A stretch of 64,000 bases of DNA from assembly GCA_951813565.1 (NCBI GenBank), contig OX638351.1, forward strand, positions 2,336,001 through 2,400,000, given 5' to 3'. The position numbers and the translations under genes were made by a program. This document shows, piece by piece, positions 28,404-39,545 of this stretch; the stretch's first letter is position 1; each line of letters opens with the position of its first letter. A model generated the notes under the pieces. It was not told the DNA's origin and ran no database searches. It saw only the letters and a program-made list of their open reading frames with translations. Source of the stretch: an uncultured Poribacteria bacterium (GTDB lineage Bacteria > Poribacteria > WGA-4E > WGA-3G).

Positions 28404-29012
28404 TTACGGGGCGGAGTTTTTTGCAGCTTTAAAGACAGAATCAATAGCACTAAAGAGAGCAGGCAAATTATCCACGCTAAAACTCGTTCGATTTTGGGTG
28501 AAAGTTTCACCGACAAGGTGTCCAATCTGCCAGAGTGTTCCATCGCTGACAATACCGTACACAGGATGTTCCGTATCCTCGTTGATCTTTTGAGCGGCGA
28601 CTAACTCCGCTAAACATTGTCCCCAACCAACCTCAAAATCGTTCTTCTTTGCCTCAACCATCATTATCAATGGCGTGCCGACTACAAGTTTGCCTAACTC
28701 AGACCGTGTGGAAATAAAATAATCTGGTGTCCCGCTCAAAACATCATCGTAAGTGATCGGCTTTTTTATCCAGAGCGCGTAGTCCTCAGCATACCCTTTG
28801 TAGACTTCACGCAAAACAGGGAAGATTATTGCCTCACACCGCGCACCCTCGGAGGTAAGAACATCAATATATTCACGGTTAAAATCAAATTCTTGTAAAA
28901 ATTGTTCGGAAGGACCCGCACTGTTTTCAGTTTCTATAAAGTCATTTTCCACATGCCGTATTCTGAATCTCTCTTGAACTTCAGGGATTGCTTTGAAATC
29001 ACTAAATGCCAT
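28404..29012 (-). CDS. PD-(D/E)XK-fold hypothetical protein (type I restriction N-terminal-like)
   Basis: GTPDY..MVEAKK..GWGQCLAELVAAQ..YGIVSDG; start at MAFSDFK. Confidence 0.7.
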   Translation of the reverse strand: MAFSDFKAIPEVQERFRIRHVENDFIETENSAGPSEQFLQEFDFNREYIDVLTSEGARCEAIIFPVLREVYKGYAEDYALWIKKPITYDDVLSGTPDYFISTRSELGKLVVGTPLIMMVEAKKNDFEVGWGQCLAELVAAQKINEDTEHPVYGIVSDGTLWQIGHLVGETFTQNRTSFSVDNLPALFSAIDSVFKAAKNSAP

Positions 29013-29106
29013 TCTGCTGCACCTCAATGAAATCTTTTTATTTGCCATTCGGTATGTGATTGTCCTTGCGAACATAATAGAAAACCAAACAAAAACTATG
29101 ACAAAG

Positions 29107-29466
29107 TTATAATAAGGCAGGATCATATTCAATCACTGCTGCAATTGCAGTTACAATCATGTCCATGATTGACAGTGGAACTTCCCCGACTTTTCGAACA
29201 AATCGCAGTGTATCAAGACCTCGTAGTTGTAATGTATCAACAGCAGAGAGTTTTGTGAGATTATTTGTTGAGTCGGGCACTAACTTCACATGCCAAATGT
29301 TATTGGTGAAATAATTTTTCCATTCCGTTATCGGTGCAACGAGGCGAATAGGTAATACGCCTATTTCATCAGAATTTACGACAACAACAGGCCGTGTCTT
29401 CTAAATTTCTGCGCCGCGTGTCGGGTTAAGGTCGACTAACCAAATTTCCCCGCATGTCGGGTTCAT
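29107..29466 (-). pseudogene. mazF: MazF/PemK toxin gene with an in-frame amber stop
   Basis: MNPTCGEIWLVDLNPTRGAEI*KTRPVVVVNSD..VAPIT..QLRGLDTLRF..VG; the TAG is at 29401-29403. Confidence 0.85.
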
Positions 29467-29713
29467 CCACAAAATCTCCTGCTTGCCATTTGTCACGTTC
29501 AGACTCTGTTTGTTCGTAGTGGTCTTTCATCTGTTCTGCTTGTTGCGATAGAAGTTGACGACGTTCATCAGTAGAAAGACGCATGAATTTCGCTTGAGGT
29601 GATTCTCCCACCGCTGTTGTTAAGGAATGCAGTAAACGGTACGCTAACGGTAATTTGGATTCTGGCAGTTTTGCTACTAATGCTTGCACTTCGGTGTGTG
29701 TTATTGTTCGCAT
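29426..29713 (-). CDS. Putative antitoxin upstream of mazF
   Basis: Small ORF (MRTITHTEVQ) with an AGGAGG RBS, overlapping the toxin start. Confidence 0.65.
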   Translation of the reverse strand: MRTITHTEVQALVAKLPESKLPLAYRLLHSLTTAVGESPQAKFMRLSTDERRQLLSQQAEQMKDHYEQTESERDKWQAGDFVDEPDMRGNLVSRP

Positions 29714-29964
29714 CCTTTCCTCCTGATATGGTAATTTTGAAAAGACCATAACAAATTGCTGTTTAAGATTATACAATCTTTTCGGCACATCTTCAACAAA
29801 ATTACATCTCTAAATCAAAAAAGTATTGACAATAAAACCTTTTATGTCTTAAAATGGCATAATCATTTTTAAACTTTTTGATTGTCATAACGTTATATAA
29901 CACAATTACTCTGTTACAACAAACTTCAGCTTGTAAGCCATATTGAAAAAGGGAGTGAATTCCA

Positions 29965-32900
29965 GTGAAAAGTGCTAAAAGTTCAATTCCACTAACTGCC
30001 ATGTTTGTCTGTTTGTGTATCGCAATGTTAGGACTGCCAATAGCATTTGCAGATCACCACGAAACCCCACAAACAACCATCAACTATAGTCAAGATATCC
30101 GTCCCATTTTATCGGATAACTGTTTCGCTTGCCACGGACCAGACGAAAAGACTCGACAGGCAAACCTACGACTTGATACAAAAGAAGGTGCTTTCTCTGA
30201 TCCAAGTGGGTATCCGATTCTCGTTCCTAAAGAGCCAGATGAAAGCGAACTCTATCTCCGTATCACTTCTGATGACGACAGTCGTCGGATGCCACCAGCA
30301 GATTTCAATAAAACGCTAACACCAGAGCAAATAGAAACCATTAAACAGTGGATAAGCGAAGGCGCGCAATGGGAAGAACATTGGGCGTTTACCACACCTA
30401 TTCGTCCAACGCTGCCCACTGTAAAAAACAAAGATTGGGCGCGGAATCCAATTGATGCATTTATCTTGGCACGCCTCGAAAAAGAGGCACTACAACCTGC
30501 TAAAGCAGCGGATAGGCGCACGCTAATTCGCCGCTTAAGTTTTGACCTCACTGGTTTACCGCCAACACGTGAAGAAATCTATCAATTCCTTGCGGATGAT
30601 TCACCCGATGCTTATGAAAAACTGATTGATACTTTCATGGCAAAGCCCGAATACGGCGAACACATGGGTCGCTTCTGGTTAGATGTAGCACGTTATGGTG
30701 ATACCCACGGACTGCATTTAGACAACTACCGTGAGATGTGGCCCTATAGAGATTGGGTGATTAAGGCGTTCAACAATAAGATGCCGTTTGACCAGTTTAC
30801 GATTGAACAGTTGGCGGGCGATCTCTTGCCGGAACCGACCCTTGATCAACAGGTAGCCACTGGTTTCAACCGATGCCACGTTACAACAAGTGAAGGCGGT
30901 TCAATTGCCGAAGAATATTACGTCCGATATGCTGTTGACAGAGCCAATACGACTGCTACCGTCTGGATGGGATTAACCGCCGGTTGTGCGCAGTGCCACG
31001 ACCACAAATATGACCCGATTTCACAGAAAGAATACTATCAACTCTACGCCTATTTTAATAATATCACGGAAAATGCGATGGATGGCAACCGCAAGGATTC
31101 TCCACCTGTTGTGAAGTTGCCAACACCAGAGCAGAAGGCACAACTCGCAAAATATGATGACCTGATCAAAGACTTAGACACACGTAGCAAAGGATCACTG
31201 CCGCAGGTTGATGCTGCCCAAACTGCATGGGAAAACAGAATGCCGCGCTGGACACTTATCAAGCCAGAAGTTGTCCTTTCGCAAGGTGGCGCAACGCTTG
31301 AAATCCGTGATGATAATTCCGTTTTGGCAAGTGGTGAAAACCCTGATAAAGAGGTCTATGAGGTTATTGCAAAACTACCCTCTGGCAAATGGAGTGCTGT
31401 ACGCTTGGAAGGTATCCCTGACAAATCCCTACCGGGCAGTGGTATCGGACGCAGCGACAATAGCAACGTGGTTTTGACTGGAATTTCTGTTGACATTGTT
31501 CCTGCTGCAAATGCGGAGGCAGAGCTTAATGCTGCTAAGGAAGCAGCACAAAAGGCAGCTGAAGCAGCTAAGGCGGCTGAAGAGGCAAAAGCGGCTGAAG
31601 CGGCTAAAGCAGCCGGTGAAAAAACTGAAGAAGCAGCAAAGGAAGCTGATAAACCCGCTGAAGATGCGGCAAAACAGGAAACAGCACCAGAAGCGGAAGA
31701 TAAACCAGCCGAAGATGCTACAACAGAAACCGATGCTGTAGAACCTGCTGAAGATGCGGCAGCTGAGGATGCAGCACCAGAAGAAGCGGCACCAGAAACC
31801 GATGAAGCGAAAGCCGCTGAGGAAACAACGGAAGATGCTGCAGAATCTGCCGAACCCAAAGACCCTTGGACATCCGTTCCCATCGTAAAAGCATGGGCGG
31901 ACAAGGAGCAGGGAGGCGGTGATTTTTCTATTGCGAATGTGATTGATGAGAAGCCTGAAACCGGTTGGGGATTGGAGAGCAATAACAATCGTGGCAACAG
32001 TCGGCAAGCGATCTTTCTTGTTGCAAACCCATTCGGCACGGAAGGTGGACTGCTAAGAATTCGCATTAAGCATGAATCTGAAAATAGCAAGCACCACCTC
32101 GGCCGATTCAGGCTTGCCGTCACAGATGCCCCGACGATCTACCCGATCGGTTCTAAAGTATCGCTTGGGAACTGGCATTCTGCTGGCCCCTTTACCGCAG
32201 AACACGGCAACATCGCCTTTTACAATGTTTATGAACCGGAAACCAAACCTGTCAATACAAAGGATAAATTCGCTGTCGGTTCGCAAGAATTGGCGTGGAA
32301 ACAGCAGACGCACTGGCAGGACAGCCAGGTGCATAACGACATCGTTGGTGAAAATAGTGCGACATACCTCTATCGGAACATCGCTTCCGAAACCAAACAG
32401 AAAGCGACGCTATACCTCAGCAGCAATGATGCGTTGAAGGTGTGGGCAAATCAGATGGAGGTGCTTGCCAGCAATATCCAGCGCGATGCCGCACCTGATA
32501 CCGAGAAAGTCCAGATTCAACTTAACCCCGGCAACAATGCCCTGCTACTAAAGGTCGTGAATTATTCGGGGCCATCAGGATTCTTCTTCCGTATGGAATC
32601 TGACACACCGATGGTGACAGCAAACATCGTTGACACGATAGCAGTTGAAAGAGGTAAACGCAACGGAGATCAACAGACGCAAATTCGGGAATACTACCGT
32701 CGAAATGTTTCAACTGATGAACCGTTGAAAAAACTCTACGCTGACCTCGCTGATACACAAAACAAGAGGAATTCCCTAAACAACTCGCTCACCACGACGT
32801 TAGTGATGCAGGAACGATCCGAACCACGCGGTGCGTATGTTCTGGAACGTGGTGCCTACGAGCATCGTGGCGATCAAGTATACCCGCAAACACCGGCAGC

Positions 32901-33885
32901 ACTACCGGCGATGGTAAAGGGTTCACCACCAAACCGACTTTCACTGGCGAAATGGTTGGTTTCCCGCAAACATCCGCTCACTTCGCGTGTCACAATTAAC
33001 CGTTTCTGGCAAAACATCTTCGGGACCGGTATTGTGAGAACGTCAGAGGACTTCGGCACGCAAGGCACACCACCTACGCATCCGAAACTTCTTGATTGGC
33101 TCGCAACTGAATTCATCGCTTCTGGCTGGGATATCCAGAAAATGCAGAAGCTGATGCTCACATCAGCGACATACCAACAGAGTGCACAGGTTACACCTGA
33201 AAAATTGGAACGCGATGCTGATAACGTGTTGCTCTCCCGCGCACCAAGGTATCGTTTTGATGCCGAAATCGTGCGCGATAACGCACTTGCACTTAGCGGT
33301 TTATTGTATAAACGTATCGGTGGGCCGAGTGTCAAACCGCCGCAACCGGGTGGCCTCTGGAAAGCGGTTGGGTTTACAGGTTCTAATACTGATACATTTA
33401 GGAAAGATTCAGGTGCTGATAAGGTGTATCGCCGGAGTCTCTATACGTTCTGGAAACGAACAGCACCACCGCCGCAGATGAACATCTTGGATGCGCCATC
33501 ACGCGAGGCATGCACAATTCGCCGTGAACGTACGAACACACCAATGCAGGCGTTAATGTTGATGAACGATCCACAGTTCGTTGAAGCGGCGCGGGCATTG
33601 GCAGAACGCACGATTAAAGAGGGGGGGCAAACATCAGAGGAACGAATCGCTTTCATCTTTGAGATAGCAACTGCCCGTGAACCGAAACCAGCGGAAGCCG
33701 CATTGATACTCGAAACGATGCAGGTACATTTAGAGGAATTGAAAGAGGCTCCCGAAGCAGCCAAAGAGTTGATCGCTGTCGGCGAATCGAAACCTGATGA
33801 AAAATTAGATGCAGTCGAAGTCGCTACATGGACGATGATTGCAAACCTCATCCTCAATCTGGACGAAGTCCTTAATAAGGGATAA
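29965..33885 (+). CDS. Planctomycete cytochrome c / PSD1 protein (PSCyt1 + DUF1549 + DUF1553)
   Basis: CFACHGPD, NPIDAFI, RRLSFDLTGLPP, CAQCHDHKYDP, HPKLLDWLA and TNTPMQAL. Confidence 0.92.
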   Translation: MKSAKSSIPLTAMFVCLCIAMLGLPIAFADHHETPQTTINYSQDIRPILSDNCFACHGPDEKTRQANLRLDTKEGAFSDPSGYPILVPKEPDESELYLRITSDDDSRRMPPADFNKTLTPEQIETIKQWISEGAQWEEHWAFTTPIRPTLPTVKNKDWARNPIDAFILARLEKEALQPAKAADRRTLIRRLSFDLTGLPPTREEIYQFLADDSPDAYEKLIDTFMAKPEYGEHMGRFWLDVARYGDTHGLHLDNYREMWPYRDWVIKAFNNKMPFDQFTIEQLAGDLLPEPTLDQQVATGFNRCHVTTSEGGSIAEEYYVRYAVDRANTTATVWMGLTAGCAQCHDHKYDPISQKEYYQLYAYFNNITENAMDGNRKDSPPVVKLPTPEQKAQLAKYDDLIKDLDTRSKGSLPQVDAAQTAWENRMPRWTLIKPEVVLSQGGATLEIRDDNSVLASGENPDKEVYEVIAKLPSGKWSAVRLEGIPDKSLPGSGIGRSDNSNVVLTGISVDIVPAANAEAELNAAKEAAQKAAEAAKAAEEAKAAEAAKAAGEKTEEAAKEADKPAEDAAKQETAPEAEDKPAEDATTETDAVEPAEDAAAEDAAPEEAAPETDEAKAAEETTEDAAESAEPKDPWTSVPIVKAWADKEQGGGDFSIANVIDEKPETGWGLESNNNRGNSRQAIFLVANPFGTEGGLLRIRIKHESENSKHHLGRFRLAVTDAPTIYPIGSKVSLGNWHSAGPFTAEHGNIAFYNVYEPETKPVNTKDKFAVGSQELAWKQQTHWQDSQVHNDIVGENSATYLYRNIASETKQKATLYLSSNDALKVWANQMEVLASNIQRDAAPDTEKVQIQLNPGNNALLLKVVNYSGPSGFFFRMESDTPMVTANIVDTIAVERGKRNGDQQTQIREYYRRNVSTDEPLKKLYADLADTQNKRNSLNNSLTTTLVMQERSEPRGAYVLERGAYEHRGDQVYPQTPAALPAMVKGSPPNRLSLAKWLVSRKHPLTSRVTINRFWQNIFGTGIVRTSEDFGTQGTPPTHPKLLDWLATEFIASGWDIQKMQKLMLTSATYQQSAQVTPEKLERDADNVLLSRAPRYRFDAEIVRDNALALSGLLYKRIGGPSVKPPQPGGLWKAVGFTGSNTDTFRKDSGADKVYRRSLYTFWKRTAPPPQMNILDAPSREACTIRRERTNTPMQALMLMNDPQFVEAARALAERTIKEGGQTSEERIAFIFEIATAREPKPAEAALILETMQVHLEELKEAPEAAKELIAVGESKPDEKLDAVEVATWTMIANLILNLDEVLNKG

Positions 33886-33946
33886 TTAAACTTGATGGGC
33901 ACTACTTTTCTGTGGTGTCCATTTCATAACATTATGAAGGTGATAT

Positions 33947-35299
33947 ATGAAATTTTATCACATAACTTTACTTTTATTTTCTCCGCTACTTTTCATTTTG
34001 TTTGAGTGTGAGCCGCTTGAAGAAAAGACTCCAGCACAGCAGTGGGAGAATTTCATAAGCGGACAAAAGGCATTAGGGTGTGAAGTGCTGAGTGTTGCAG
34101 CGTCACAGGTATGGATAGAAGAACATAGGGACGAGATAAGTATTCCAAATCAGATTGTGTTTGGGAAACCGCATCACGTGCAGGATTTCGGTTTTGTGCC
34201 TTATGGTATTATGATAGCAGTTGACGCGAATGATAAACGCCGCGTTATTGCCAGGAAATGGCCTCCAGAAAAAACGCTTCTGAAGGTCGGTGATACACTA
34301 ATACTATTGTTTCCTTTTAATTCTCTATTCCAAAGAGAATTTTCATTTGATAATAGTAAAGAAATTGAAATTGACCCGAATGAGCACTGGAAAAACGTAA
34401 CTTCCAATTTCGTTTTTGAAGCGAAAGAAACAATCGTTCATCCCAATTTTGAAACATTTGCTGATGACAATTTTATATGCACCACTTACATGTCTCCAAA
34501 TGGTGCCACTATTTCATGTAAACTAGATGATAATGGCATAATTGTCACTAAAATCGAGGGATCCGTCTTCAAAAGGAACCACAACCTTTTGTTTGTGTAT
34601 GAGCCGCCTCAAGAAGAGTCTCCACCACCGCCTGGAGTAAAGACACCCGCACAGCAATGGGAACATTTCATAAGCGGACAAAAGGCATTAGGGCGTGAAG
34701 TTCTGAGTGTTGCAGCGTCACAGGTGTGGATAGAAAAACATAGGGACGAGATAAGTATTCCAAATCAGATTGTGTTTGGGAAATCGCATCACGTGCAGGA
34801 TTTCGGTTTTGCGCCTTATGGTATTTATGGTATTATGATAGCAGTTGACGCGAATGATAAACGCCGCGTTATTGCCAGGAAATGGCCTCCAGAAAAAACG
34901 CTTCTGAAGGTCGGTGATACACTAACAACAGCTGGGTTTCCTATTGGTGATCTTGCTCTTGATCTTGATAATTTTGGTAGTGGTTCGGAAGCCGTAGAGG
35001 CCTTCAAAAAGCACTTCGAAAACCAAACTTCCAATTTCGTTTTTGAAGCGAAAGAAACAATCTTTCGTATGGGACTTCCAGTGCCCAATTATAAGCCTTT
35101 TGTAGAAGCAAAATTTGAACAAGCAAAAGCTGAAGAAGCATTTTATAATTCTGTCGCACCCGGTAAATGGACCATTTACATGTCTCCAAATGGTGCCACC
35201 ATTTCATATAATGGTTTCAGGGTTGTCACTAAAATCGAGGGATCCGTCTTCCAAAGCAGCTACGACCTTACGGCAATTGCAACGTCGCTTCTTGAATAA
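33947..35299 (+). CDS. Secreted hypothetical protein built from two tandem ~190-aa domains
   Basis: Hydrophobic N-terminus; the KTPAQQWE..TKIEGSVF unit occurs twice, joined by a PPPP linker. Confidence 0.75.
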   Translation: MKFYHITLLLFSPLLFILFECEPLEEKTPAQQWENFISGQKALGCEVLSVAASQVWIEEHRDEISIPNQIVFGKPHHVQDFGFVPYGIMIAVDANDKRRVIARKWPPEKTLLKVGDTLILLFPFNSLFQREFSFDNSKEIEIDPNEHWKNVTSNFVFEAKETIVHPNFETFADDNFICTTYMSPNGATISCKLDDNGIIVTKIEGSVFKRNHNLLFVYEPPQEESPPPPGVKTPAQQWEHFISGQKALGREVLSVAASQVWIEKHRDEISIPNQIVFGKSHHVQDFGFAPYGIYGIMIAVDANDKRRVIARKWPPEKTLLKVGDTLTTAGFPIGDLALDLDNFGSGSEAVEAFKKHFENQTSNFVFEAKETIFRMGLPVPNYKPFVEAKFEQAKAEEAFYNSVAPGKWTIYMSPNGATISYNGFRVVTKIEGSVFQSSYDLTAIATSLLE

Positions 35300-35466
35300 C
35301 TTCGGTTTCTGGTTGTATCGCATGATATGCAGGATTAGATTGGATATTGAAGCACCCCTCACAGGTAACTAAAGTATTTTCTGCATGTCGACGTGACAAA
35401 AAATGCAAGAAGTATAGCCAAAAACAAGATAGCACGTATTCATTCATTTGAAAGGAGTATTGCTTT

Positions 35467-36243
35467 ATGAAAAATTTGACTGTAACAATACCAGATGCCA
35501 ACTTAGCTGCTGCAGTGCGAGCTGCACTCGGTTTAGGTTCAAACGATTCTATTCCACAAAAGAAGTTAGCGGAATTGGATAAACTACATGCTGAAGAAAA
35601 AGACATAAAAGACCTAACTGGATTGGAAAAGGCGATAGGTTTAAAAGTTTTAGAACTTGAAAAGAATCAAATCACTGACATCACGCCTATAAGTGGGTTG
35701 ACGCAACTAACTTATGTAGAGTTCTGGGACAATCAAATCAGTGATATTACGCATCTTTCAGGATTAACACAACTCACGAAATTAGGACTTGGCAAAAATC
35801 AGATTAGTGAAATTAAACCTCTGAAGGAATTGACAAAACTCACAGAATTAGGGCTTTGGGACAACCAACTTAGCGATATTTCAGCGTTGGCTAACTTGAA
35901 ACAAATACAGTTGTTAAACATTAGACGGAATCATCTTAGTGACATCAGTCCACTGGCAAGCCTGAAACAGATAACGCATTTATGGCTAAGTGGAAATCAG
36001 ATTAGTGATATATCACCGATTGCTGGCTTAATGCAATTGACACACTTAGCTTTGGATAAAAATCAAATTAGTGTCGTCGGTCCTATAGCGAACTTTACGA
36101 GGTTAACACATTTAAATATCAAAGAAAATCCAATTCAGGATATGGAACCGCTTCGAAAATTACTTGAACAACTACCGGATTTAGAACTGGATATCCCAGC
36201 ACCAGTGGAACTGAATATTCAACCACCACCTGCAAATAAGTAA
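35467..36243 (+). CDS. Internalin-like leucine-rich repeat protein
   Basis: [11 protein letters not shown] cap; 22-aa L..L.L..NQISDI repeats. Confidence 0.92.
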   Translation: MKNLTVTIPDANLAAAVRAALGLGSNDSIPQKKLAELDKLHAEEKDIKDLTGLEKAIGLKVLELEKNQITDITPISGLTQLTYVEFWDNQISDITHLSGLTQLTKLGLGKNQISEIKPLKELTKLTELGLWDNQLSDISALANLKQIQLLNIRRNHLSDISPLASLKQITHLWLSGNQISDISPIAGLMQLTHLALDKNQISVVGPIANFTRLTHLNIKENPIQDMEPLRKLLEQLPDLELDIPAPVELNIQPPPANK

Positions 36244-36293
36244 AGCATAGCAATGTCCAAACAAGCAGCAAACATTGCAAAAGGAGACAAATA

Positions 36294-37772
36294 ATGGACC
36301 CGATTAAAGAATATTTACAACTTGAAACACGCCGCCAATTCTTTGGGAAGTGTGCGACAGGCCTCGGCGGTGCAGCCCTTGCTACACTGCTACCGAGTAG
36401 TATTGTAAATGCTCTCGAACAGCAAGCAGGAACGCGAGTTGGCGGTTTACCACAACTGCCACACTTTGCACCGAAGGCGAAACGGGCTATCTACCTATTT
36501 ATGTCTGGCGCACCTTCGCAAATGGACCTGTTTGACTATAAACCGACGATGGGGGAATGGTTTGATAAAGACTTGCCGGAGACGGTTCGGATGGGGCAAC
36601 GTCTCACCACGATGACTTCCGGACAGAAACGTTTCCCAATCGCACCTTCTATCTTTGAGTTTAAGAAGCATGACAACGGAAGTGATGGCGCATGGCTTAG
36701 CGAGTTGTTGCCCCATACTGCATCTATGGTCCGAGACATCGCTATCATCAAAAGTGTTCATACCGATGCCATTAACCACGACCCGGCTATCACCTTTGTT
36801 TGTACCGGCGATGAAACACCTGGCAAACCGAGCCTTGGCGCATGGCTCAGTTACGGGCTTGGCAGTGAAAATCAAAACCTGCCTGCTTTTATTGTGATGA
36901 ACGCAACATGGAGTGGCCCAAAGGGTGCACAGGCACTTTACAACCGTCTCTGGGGTTCAGGTTTCCTCCCATCAGAACACCAAGGTGTGCTGCTCCGCAG
37001 TCAAGGCGATCCTGTGCTATTCCTCTCAAATCCGAAAGGCATGAGTGAAAAGGGACGCAAACGGATGCTCGACACACTTGTTAAACTCAACGAGGAAATC
37101 TATGAGGAAGTCGGTGATCCAGAAACGCATGCCCGTATCTCGCAATACGAGATGGCATATCGGATGCAGACCTCTGTCCCCGAACTCACGGATCTGAAAC
37201 AAGAATCTGACAAAGTTAAGGAGATGTATGGTCCAGAGGTTGACACACCCGGTACATTTGCCAACTGCTGTATTCTCGCACGTCGGATGATGGAGCGGGA
37301 TGTCCGCCTTGTCCAAATCTTTCATCGTGGTTGGGACCAGCACGGAGACCTGCCCAAAAACATTCGTAATCAGGCTCGCGATATTGACCAACCCGCAACA
37401 GCACTCGTTCAAGACCTGAAACAACGCGGCATGCTTGACGAAACCCTCGTTGTTTGGGGCGGTGAATTCGGACGGACTGTTTATTGCCAAGGCGCGCTCA
37501 AGAAAGATAACTACGGACGAGACCATCATCCGAAGTGTTTCACGCTCTGGATGGCTGGCGGTGGCATAAAAGGTGGCATCGTTCACGGCGAAACCGATGA
37601 CTTTAGCTACAACGTCATCAAAGACCCTGTCTCTGTTCGCGACCTAAACGCTACCATTCTCAATCAACTCGGTATTGACCACGAAAGGTTGACCTTTAAG
37701 TTCCAAGGACTTGACCATCGGTTGACTGGGGTTGAGGAGAAAGCACGAGTTGTCAATGAAATCTTGGCATAA
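36294..37772 (+). CDS. DUF1501 protein (Tat signal), copy 1
   Basis: [34 protein letters not shown] and GRDHH. Confidence 0.92.
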   Translation: MDPIKEYLQLETRRQFFGKCATGLGGAALATLLPSSIVNALEQQAGTRVGGLPQLPHFAPKAKRAIYLFMSGAPSQMDLFDYKPTMGEWFDKDLPETVRMGQRLTTMTSGQKRFPIAPSIFEFKKHDNGSDGAWLSELLPHTASMVRDIAIIKSVHTDAINHDPAITFVCTGDETPGKPSLGAWLSYGLGSENQNLPAFIVMNATWSGPKGAQALYNRLWGSGFLPSEHQGVLLRSQGDPVLFLSNPKGMSEKGRKRMLDTLVKLNEEIYEEVGDPETHARISQYEMAYRMQTSVPELTDLKQESDKVKEMYGPEVDTPGTFANCCILARRMMERDVRLVQIFHRGWDQHGDLPKNIRNQARDIDQPATALVQDLKQRGMLDETLVVWGGEFGRTVYCQGALKKDNYGRDHHPKCFTLWMAGGGIKGGIVHGETDDFSYNVIKDPVSVRDLNATILNQLGIDHERLTFKFQGLDHRLTGVEEKARVVNEILA

Positions 37773-37859
37773 TCATACATATTTACCAATAGGCGTTTGT
37801 AAACACGTCTGTCAACAATGTTAAGAATACACCGCGACACCTGAATTAAGGAGTAAATA

Positions 37860-39338
37860 ATGGACCCGATTAGAGAATATCTTCAACTTGAAACACGCCG
37901 CCAATTTTTTGGTAAATGTGCGATGGGACTTGGCGGTGCAGCTCTCGCCTCAATGCTACCGAGTAGTATCGTCCGTGCCCTTGAACAGCAAGCAGTGCCA
38001 CAGACAGGCGGGTTGCCCGAACTACCACACTTTGCGCCGAAGGCAAAACGAGCGATCTACTTATTTATGTCCGGCGCACCTTCGCAGATGGACATGTACG
38101 ACTATAAACCGAAGATGGGAGAATGGTTTGATAAAGAGCTACCAGAAACAGTGCGGATGGGACAACGTCTCACCACAATGACCTCTGGACAAAAACGGTT
38201 CCCAATCGCACCTTCTATCTTTGAGTTTAAAAAGCATGACAATGGTAGTGATGGCGCATGGCTTAGCGAGCTACTTCCCCATACCGCATCTATGGTAAAA
38301 GATATTGCCATCATCAAAAGTGTTCATACAGATGCGATTAACCACGACCCGGCTATCACTTTTGTCTGTACTGGTGACGAAACTCCGGGAAAACCGAGCC
38401 TCGGTGCATGGCTTAGCTACGGGTTAGGCACTGAAAACAATAATCTGCCCGCTTTCATTGTGATGAATGCTACATGGACCGGAAGAAAGTCCGCACAAGC
38501 ACTCTATAACCGACTCTGGGGTTCAGGATTCCTACCGTCCGAACATCAAGGCGTACTCCTGCGCAGCCAAGGTGATCCGGTGCTGTTCCTCTCAAACCCG
38601 AAAGGTATGAGCGAAAAAGGACGCAAACGCATGCTTGACACACTTGTCAAACTCAATGAGGAAATCTATGAGGAAATTGGCGATCCAGAAACGCATGCGC
38701 GGATTTCACAGTATGAGATGGCATTCAGGATGCAGTCCTCTGTCCCCGAACTCACGGATTTGAATCAGGAGTCGGACAAAGTCAAAGAGATGTACGGTCC
38801 CGACGTCAATAAACCCGGCACATTTGCCAACTGCTGCATTCTTGCCCGTCGGATGATGGAGCGCGATGTTCGCCTTGTTCAAATTTTTCATCGCGGTTGG
38901 GACCAACACGGCAACCTACCGAACGACATCCGAAACCAATGCCGTGACATTGACCAACCCGCAACTGCACTCGTTCAAGACCTGAAACAACGCGGTATGC
39001 TTGACGAGACCCTTGTTGTTTGGGGTGGTGAATTCGGACGGACTGTTTACTGCCAAGGCGCACTCAAGAAAGACAACTATGGACGAGACCATCATCCGAA
39101 GTGCTTTACGATGTGGATGGCAGGTGGCGGCATCAAAGGCGGAATCGTGCATGGCGAAACTGACGACTTCAGTTACAACGTCATTAAAGACCCTGTTTCT
39201 GTGCGAGACCTAAACGCTACCATTCTCAACCAACTTGGTATTAACCACGAAAGGTTAACCTTTAAGTTCCAAGGACTTGATCATCGGTTAACTGGAGTTG
39301 AGGAAAAAGCGCGTGTTGTTAAAGAGATATTGGCATGA
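37860..39338 (+). CDS. DUF1501 protein, tandem copy 2
   Basis: 492 aa, collinear and highly similar to copy 1. Confidence 0.92.
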   Translation: MDPIREYLQLETRRQFFGKCAMGLGGAALASMLPSSIVRALEQQAVPQTGGLPELPHFAPKAKRAIYLFMSGAPSQMDMYDYKPKMGEWFDKELPETVRMGQRLTTMTSGQKRFPIAPSIFEFKKHDNGSDGAWLSELLPHTASMVKDIAIIKSVHTDAINHDPAITFVCTGDETPGKPSLGAWLSYGLGTENNNLPAFIVMNATWTGRKSAQALYNRLWGSGFLPSEHQGVLLRSQGDPVLFLSNPKGMSEKGRKRMLDTLVKLNEEIYEEIGDPETHARISQYEMAFRMQSSVPELTDLNQESDKVKEMYGPDVNKPGTFANCCILARRMMERDVRLVQIFHRGWDQHGNLPNDIRNQCRDIDQPATALVQDLKQRGMLDETLVVWGGEFGRTVYCQGALKKDNYGRDHHPKCFTMWMAGGGIKGGIVHGETDDFSYNVIKDPVSVRDLNATILNQLGINHERLTFKFQGLDHRLTGVEEKARVVKEILA

Positions 39339-39343
39339 TCTGA

Positions 39344-39491
39344 TACCAAATTAACGGAATTCGTCTTGTTTTTCCAGTGTTTTTTCTACTCTTCCGCTCC
39401 AGCGGAGCGGTATGTTTATAGCACGTGGAGTTTTCTGTCTTCCGCTCCAGCGGAGCGGTATGTAAAGACGATGAATCAAATGAATTTGGTA
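39344..39491. mobile_element. Short MITE with two internal 26-nt direct repeats
   Basis: TACCAAATT..AATTTGGTA flanked by TGA on both sides; TCTTCCGCTCCAGCGGAGCGGTATGT at 39390 and 39438. Confidence 0.65.
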
Positions 39492-39545
39492 TGAAACACC
39501 TACTGTTCGGTGAGCTTTTCAAGCGCGCCTACTTTCAAGAAGATA

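Noticed and set aside
29401..29403. Amber recoding (pyrrolysine or an alternative code), also at 5015
   Set aside because: TAG terminates many intact genes here (for example at 2740, 14256 and 41902); CAG-to-TAG nonsense changes are simpler.
31356..32123. 255-aa and 192-aa minus-strand ORFs
   Set aside because: Antisense shadows of the low-complexity Ala/Glu segment of the PSD1 gene.
34022..35251. Template/variable repeat pair of a diversity-generating retroelement
   Set aside because: Mismatches are not confined to adenines, both copies are coding, and no reverse transcriptase is in the window.
39390..39463. Two identical 26-nt palindromic repeats resembling a mini CRISPR array
   Set aside because: Only two units with a 22-nt spacer, enclosed in MITE ends, and no cas genes are present.
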